Part shown: positions 59,745 to 64,000 of the stretch, one piece after another
How the letters are laid out: every line of letters starts with the position of its first letter
Position numbering within the stretch: the first letter of the stretch is position 1
Source of the DNA: Candidatus Geohabitans tengchongensis
GTDB lineage: Bacteria > Sysuimicrobiota > Sysuimicrobiia > Sysuimicrobiales > Humicultoraceae
Assembly (NCBI GenBank): GCA_031459625.1
Contig: JAVKIH010000004.1
Span: 26,786-90,785, forward strand
Direction of reading: 5' to 3'
DNA: 64,000 bases
Program-made: the position numbers and the translations under genes
Notes under the pieces: model-generated
What the model was told of the DNA's origin: nothing
What the model saw: the letters and a program-made list of their open reading frames with translations, nothing else
Database searches by the model: none

Positions 59745-60769
59745 TGCCGGCGGTCGCCTGGGGCCTGGAGATCCTGCGGGCCACCCTGGCCACGGTGCTG
59801 CTCTTCACCTTCCTGGCCGTGGTGGCGGCGATGTTCGGGGTGTTGGCGGAGCGGAAGATCAGCGGCTGGATCCAGTCGCGCCTGGGTCCCAAGCACGTGG
59901 GGCCGCAGGGGCTGCTGCAGACGGTGGCGGACACGGTCAAGCTCCTGCAGAAAGAGCACGTCACCCCGGTGAACGCCGACCCCGTGGCCTTCAACGTCGC
60001 GCCGCTCCTCGTCCCCGTGGCCGCGCTCCTGGCCTGGATCGTCATCCCGCTGGGCGTGCCCTTCGGCGTGCTGCTCATCGGCCGCGACCTCAACATCGGC
60101 CTGCTCTTCTTCGTGGCCATGACCTCGCTCATCGTCATCGGCGTCCTGCTGGGCGGGTGGGCCTCCAACAACAAGTACTCGCTGCTGGGGGCGCTGCGCT
60201 CCGCCTCCCAGATGGTCTCCTACGAGATCCCGCTGGCCCTGGCGCTGCTGACGCCCATCATGCTGGCCGGCACGCTCTCCACGGTGGCGATCGTGGACGC
60301 CCAGCGCGGCGGCTTCCTGGGGGTGGGGCGCTGGTTCCTCTTCGGGGGCGGACACGGGCTGGGCGGGGTGGTCGTGGGGGTGCTGGCCTTCGCCATCTTC
60401 GTGGCCGCGGCCACCGCCGAGACCTTCCGCACGCCCTTCGACCTGCCGGAGGCAGAGTCGGAGCTCGTGGCCGGCTACTTCTCCGAGTACACGGGGATGC
60501 GCTTCGCCCTCTTCCAGCTGGGGGAGTACGGGGAGCTCTTCGCCATGGCGGCGCTGAGCAGCCTCCTCTTCCTGGGCGGCTGGCACGGTCCCGGCTTCAC
60601 CAGCACGCTGTGGCTCTTCGTGAAGCTCTTGGCCATGGTCTTCTTCCTCATGTGGGTGCGCTGGACCTACCCGCGGCTGCGGCTGGACCAGCTGCTCAAC
60701 TTCACCTGGAAGGGGCTCCTGCCCCTGGCCCTGCTGAACGTGCTGCTCACCGGCTGGGTGCTGGTCTAG
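59744..60769 (+). CDS. nuoH: NADH-quinone oxidoreductase subunit H
   Basis: ERKI..IQSRLGP, GLLQTVAD..KL..KE, SNNKYSLLG, SYE, PFDLPEAESEL, PRLRLDQL. Confidence 0.95.
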   Translation: MPAVAWGLEILRATLATVLLFTFLAVVAAMFGVLAERKISGWIQSRLGPKHVGPQGLLQTVADTVKLLQKEHVTPVNADPVAFNVAPLLVPVAALLAWIVIPLGVPFGVLLIGRDLNIGLLFFVAMTSLIVIGVLLGGWASNNKYSLLGALRSASQMVSYEIPLALALLTPIMLAGTLSTVAIVDAQRGGFLGVGRWFLFGGGHGLGGVVVGVLAFAIFVAAATAETFRTPFDLPEAESELVAGYFSEYTGMRFALFQLGEYGELFAMAALSSLLFLGGWHGPGFTSTLWLFVKLLAMVFFLMWVRWTYPRLRLDQLLNFTWKGLLPLALLNVLLTGWVLV

Positions 60770-60772
60770 GTC

Positions 60773-61264
60773 ATGGGGGAGCTCGTCGCCTTCCTGGTCC
60801 TGGCGGCCCTCACGCTGCTGCCGGCGGTGGTCGTCGTCACCAGCCGCAACCTGGTGCGGGCGGCCATGGCCCTCATCCCCTCGCTGCTGGGGGTCACCGG
60901 CCTCTTCGTCCTCCTGCAGGCGGAGTTCGTGGCCGGCATCCAGGTGCTCATCTACGCCGGGGCCATCGCCGTGCTCATCCTCTTCGTCATCATGCTCACG
61001 GAAGGGGGGACCGGGCTGGCGGTGCGCCAGGTGAATACCCAGCGCTGGCCGGGGCTGGCCGCCGCCGCCGGCTTCGTGGCAGCGCTGGTGATCGTGCTCG
61101 TGCGGACGCCCTGGCCGGCCGGGTCGGGGACGCTGCCGGCCGGCACCACTGCCGCCGTGGGGGAGGCCTTCCTTACCGAGTTCGTCCTGGCCTTCGAGGT
61201 CAGCAGCCTGGTGCTGCTCGTCTCGCTGGTGGGCGCGCTCGTCATCGCCCGGCGGGAGCCCTGA
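60773..61264 (+). CDS. nuoJ: NADH-quinone oxidoreductase subunit J
   Basis: AEFVAGIQVLIYAGAIAVLILFVIML, FEVSSLVLL. Confidence 0.93.
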   Translation: MGELVAFLVLAALTLLPAVVVVTSRNLVRAAMALIPSLLGVTGLFVLLQAEFVAGIQVLIYAGAIAVLILFVIMLTEGGTGLAVRQVNTQRWPGLAAAAGFVAALVIVLVRTPWPAGSGTLPAGTTAAVGEAFLTEFVLAFEVSSLVLLVSLVGALVIARREP

Positions 61265-61265
61265 G

Positions 61266-61577
61266 ATGCGGGTGGGGCTGGAGCACTACCTGGTCGTGAG
61301 CGCCGTGCTCTTCGGGCTGGGGCTCTACGGGGTGCTCAGCCGGCGCAACGCCGTGGCCATCCTCATGGGCATCGAGCTGATGCTCAACGCCGCCAACGTG
61401 AACCTCGTGGCCATGAACCGTTACGTGGCTCCGGGGGCGGTGGCCGGGCACGTCTTCGCCCTCGTCATCATCACGCTGGCGGCGTGCGAGGCGGCCGTGG
61501 GACTGGCCCTGGTGCTGGCGGCCTACCGCACCCTGGAGACCATCCACGTCGACGAGATCAACGTGATGAAGTGGTGA
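61266..61577 (+). CDS. nuoK: NADH-quinone oxidoreductase subunit K
   Basis: RRNA, IELMLNA, AACEAAVGLA. Confidence 0.95.
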   Translation: MRVGLEHYLVVSAVLFGLGLYGVLSRRNAVAILMGIELMLNAANVNLVAMNRYVAPGAVAGHVFALVIITLAACEAAVGLALVLAAYRTLETIHVDEINVMKW

Positions 61578-61596
61578 GCCCGCCGGAGGGACGCCC

Positions 61597-63519
61597 GTGA
61601 GCCTGGTCTGGCTGGTCCCGCTGCTCCCCTTCCTGGCCTGCGGGCTGATCCTGGCCCGGGGCCGCCGCCTGCCCGGGCAGGGCGCCTACGTGGCCGTCGG
61701 GGCCATGCTCCTGGCCACGGTGGGCGGGGTGATCCTCTTCGGGCGGGTGCTGGCCCACCAGGAGGTGCACCAGCGGGTGACCTGGGCGGTGCTGGGCGGG
61801 CAGCCGGTGGCCCTGGGGCTGCAGGTGGACCCGCTCGCCGCCGTGATGGTGCTCATCGTCACCGTGGTCGGGTCGCTGATCTTCATCTACTCCATCGGCT
61901 ACATGCACGGCGACCCGCGCTACCCGCGCTTCTTCGCCTACCTCTCCCTCTTCGCCGGGGCGATGCTCCTGCTGGTGCTGGCGGACAACTTCCTCTTCCT
62001 CTTCGCCGGGTGGGAGCTCGTGGGGCTGGGGTCCTACCTGCTCATCGGCTTCTGGTTCGAGCGCCCGGCGGCGGCGCGGGCGGCGGTCAAGGCCTTCGTC
62101 ACCACCCGCGTGGGCGACCTCTTCTTCTTCCTCGGCATCCTGCTGGTCTTCGCCACGGTCGGCAGCCTCGGCTTCGCCGAGACCTTCCGGGCCGTGGAGG
62201 CGGGGCGCCTGGCGGGCCCCACGCTGCTCCTGGCGGCGCTGTGTCTCTTCGGCGGGGCGGTGGGGAAGTCGGCGCAGATCCCCCTGCACGTCTGGCTCCC
62301 CGACGCCATGGAGGGCCCCACGCCGGTCTCGGCCCTCATCCACGCCGCCACCATGGTGGCGGCGGGCGTCTACCTGGTGGCGCGGCTGTTCGGGCTCTTC
62401 TTCGCCACCGCCGACCACCAGGCCCTCGCCGTGGTGGGCTGGGTGGGGGGGATCACCGCCTTCCTGGCGGCGACCATGGCGCTGGTCCAGGACGACATCA
62501 AGCGCGTGCTGGCCTACTCGACCATGAGCCAGCTCGGCTACATGTTCCTCGGGTTGGGCGTGCTGGGCTACACCGCGGCCGTTTTCCACCTGCTGACCCA
62601 CGCCTTCTTCAAGGCGCTGCTCTTCCTGGCCGCGGGCAGCGTCATCCACGCCATGCACACCAACGACATCAAGGCCATGGGCGGGCTCGCCCGCGTGATG
62701 CCCTCCACCTACTGGACCTTCCTCGTCGGCACGCTGGCGCTGGCCGGGATCTTCCCCTTCGCCGGCTTCTGGTCGAAGGACGAGATCCTGCTGGAGGCCT
62801 TCCACCACCACCGCCCGCTCTTCGTCCTGGGGCTGGTCACGGCGGCCCTCACCGCCTTCTACATGCTGCGCGTGGTCTTCTACACCTTCACGGGGCGACC
62901 GCGCTGGGCGGGGCACGTCCACCCGCACGAGAGCCCGCCGGTGATGACGGTCCCGCTGTGGGTGCTGGCCGCCGCCTCGGCCACGATCGGGCTCGTGGGG
63001 GTGCCTGCGCTGGGCAACCCCTTCCACGCCTTCGTGCACGCCGAGGGGGTGGAGGTGGCGCCGTTCAGCCTGACCGTGGCGCTGCTCGGCACCGCGGCGG
63101 CGCTGCTGGGGATCGCCGCGGCGGCGGCGGTCTACCACTTCCGCTGGGTGAGCGCGGCGCAGCTGCGCCGGGCGCTCGGCCCGGTGGTCACCCTGCTGGA
63201 GCACCGGTACTACGTGGACGAGCTCTACCAGGCCGCCGTGGTCCGCCCGGTGCTGTGGGTGGGGCGGGCGCTGCGCACCTTCGACCTCTACGTCATCGAC
63301 GGGCTGGTGAACCTGGTGGGGGTGGTGGTCGTGGCCCTGGCCCGCCTCTACCGGCTGGTCGACCTCTACGTGGTGGACGGGCTGGTCAACCTGCTCGGCT
63401 GGACGGCGGCGCGGCTGGGCGCGGCCCTGCGCGTCGTGCAGACCGGCCGGGCGGAGAACTACCTGCTGGTCATCGCCCTGGGGGTGATCGCCATCGTCAT
63501 CGGGGGGCTGCTGCGATGA
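61597..63519 (+). CDS. nuoL: NADH-quinone oxidoreductase subunit L
   Basis: YSIGYM, GKSAQIPLHVWLPDAMEGPTPVSALIHAATMV, HAFFKALLFL, FWSKDEIL, QTG. Confidence 0.96.
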   Translation: MSLVWLVPLLPFLACGLILARGRRLPGQGAYVAVGAMLLATVGGVILFGRVLAHQEVHQRVTWAVLGGQPVALGLQVDPLAAVMVLIVTVVGSLIFIYSIGYMHGDPRYPRFFAYLSLFAGAMLLLVLADNFLFLFAGWELVGLGSYLLIGFWFERPAAARAAVKAFVTTRVGDLFFFLGILLVFATVGSLGFAETFRAVEAGRLAGPTLLLAALCLFGGAVGKSAQIPLHVWLPDAMEGPTPVSALIHAATMVAAGVYLVARLFGLFFATADHQALAVVGWVGGITAFLAATMALVQDDIKRVLAYSTMSQLGYMFLGLGVLGYTAAVFHLLTHAFFKALLFLAAGSVIHAMHTNDIKAMGGLARVMPSTYWTFLVGTLALAGIFPFAGFWSKDEILLEAFHHHRPLFVLGLVTAALTAFYMLRVVFYTFTGRPRWAGHVHPHESPPVMTVPLWVLAAASATIGLVGVPALGNPFHAFVHAEGVEVAPFSLTVALLGTAAALLGIAAAAAVYHFRWVSAAQLRRALGPVVTLLEHRYYVDELYQAAVVRPVLWVGRALRTFDLYVIDGLVNLVGVVVVALARLYRLVDLYVVDGLVNLLGWTAARLGAALRVVQTGRAENYLLVIALGVIAIVIGGLLR

Positions 63520-63581
63520 GTCAGGTCCAGACCGCGGGGCCGTCGACGCGTCGGCGGGCGGGGCTCGAGGTGAGGGGATGA
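63516..63581 (+). CDS. Putative 21-aa bridging mini-ORF
   Basis: ATGA overlap with the nuoL stop and with the nuoM start. Confidence 0.3.
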   Translation: MSQVQTAGPSTRRRAGLEVRG

Positions 63582-64000
63582 CCGGGGAGACGCTCCTCAC
63601 CCTGACCCTCTTCCTCCCGCTGGCCGGCGGCGTCGTCCTGCTGCTCCTGCCGCGCACCGCCGTGGAGGCCATCCGCCTCGTGGCGCTGGTGGCGGCCGCC
63701 CTCTCCACGGCCCTCTCCCTCCTCCTGCTGGGGCCGTTCGAGGCCGGGCGGCCGGGCTTCCAGCTCGTCACCGACGTCCCCTGGATCCCCGCCATCGGCG
63801 TGGGCTACCGCGTGGGCGTGGACGGGCTGAGCCTGCCGCTGGTGATCCTCACCGGGGTGCTCACCGTCCTCTCCATCGTCTACTCCTGGCGGGTGGAGGT
63901 GCGGGTGAAGGAGTACATGTTCCTCTTCCTCCTCCTGCAGACGGCCATGGTGGGGGTCTTCGTGGCCCTGGACCTCTTCCTGTTCTTCATCGTCTGGGAG
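63578..64000 (+). CDS. nuoM: NADH-quinone oxidoreductase subunit M (runs off the window end)
   Basis: WIPAIG..GVDGLS, GVFVALDLFLFFIVWE; SD GAGGTGAGG. Confidence 0.92.
   Translation, partial: MTGETLLTLTLFLPLAGGVVLLLLPRTAVEAIRLVALVAAALSTALSLLLLGPFEAGRPGFQLVTDVPWIPAIGVGYRVGVDGLSLPLVILTGVLTVLSIVYSWRVEVRVKEYMFLFLLLQTAMVGVFVALDLFLFFIVWE

Overview
High-GC bacterial chromosomal window, about 65 genes. The lineage is not determinable from sequence alone; gene content resembles Terrabacteria such as Armatimonadota or Chloroflexota (inference). In order: (1) a Met-specific T-box leader ahead of a split cobalamin-independent methionine synthase pair, a GNAT and metG; (2) a frameshifted epimerase, tatD, an M48 peptidase, comB, a membrane protein and tRNA-Arg(CCG); (3) an accessory minus-strand IclR-led catabolic operon (phosphotriesterase-like, FGGY kinase, sugar ABC, SDR, creatininase-like, KDPG-type aldolase) followed by gene remnants; (4) PrsW-like, phosphoesterase, S9 peptidase, pduO, ArsR/HTH/MFS; (5) a 16 kb co-oriented cluster: TetR, FabH-like, acyl-CoA ligase, two hydrolases, Liv-type ABC, BTAD regulator, two small-subunit/PhaC pairs, 3-hydroxybutyrate dehydrogenase and a PhaJ-like hydratase; (6) TCA genes (sdh, fumC, FadR-type regulator, icd, mdh, sucC, sucD) interrupted by a toxin-antitoxin pair and a phosphatase; (7) pspC, yvlD-like, rapZ, yvcK; (8) a complex I operon with only membrane subunits (nuoA-H-J-K-L-M...) whose NuoL has a 26-aa duplication in the lateral helix. 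The strongest leads are that membrane-arm-only complex I module, the uptake-linked dual PHA synthase cluster, the uncharacterised catabolic operon, and several candidate CTG/ATC start codons. All calls come from reading motifs by eye; no searches were run. No CRISPR array, integrase or transposase was seen.
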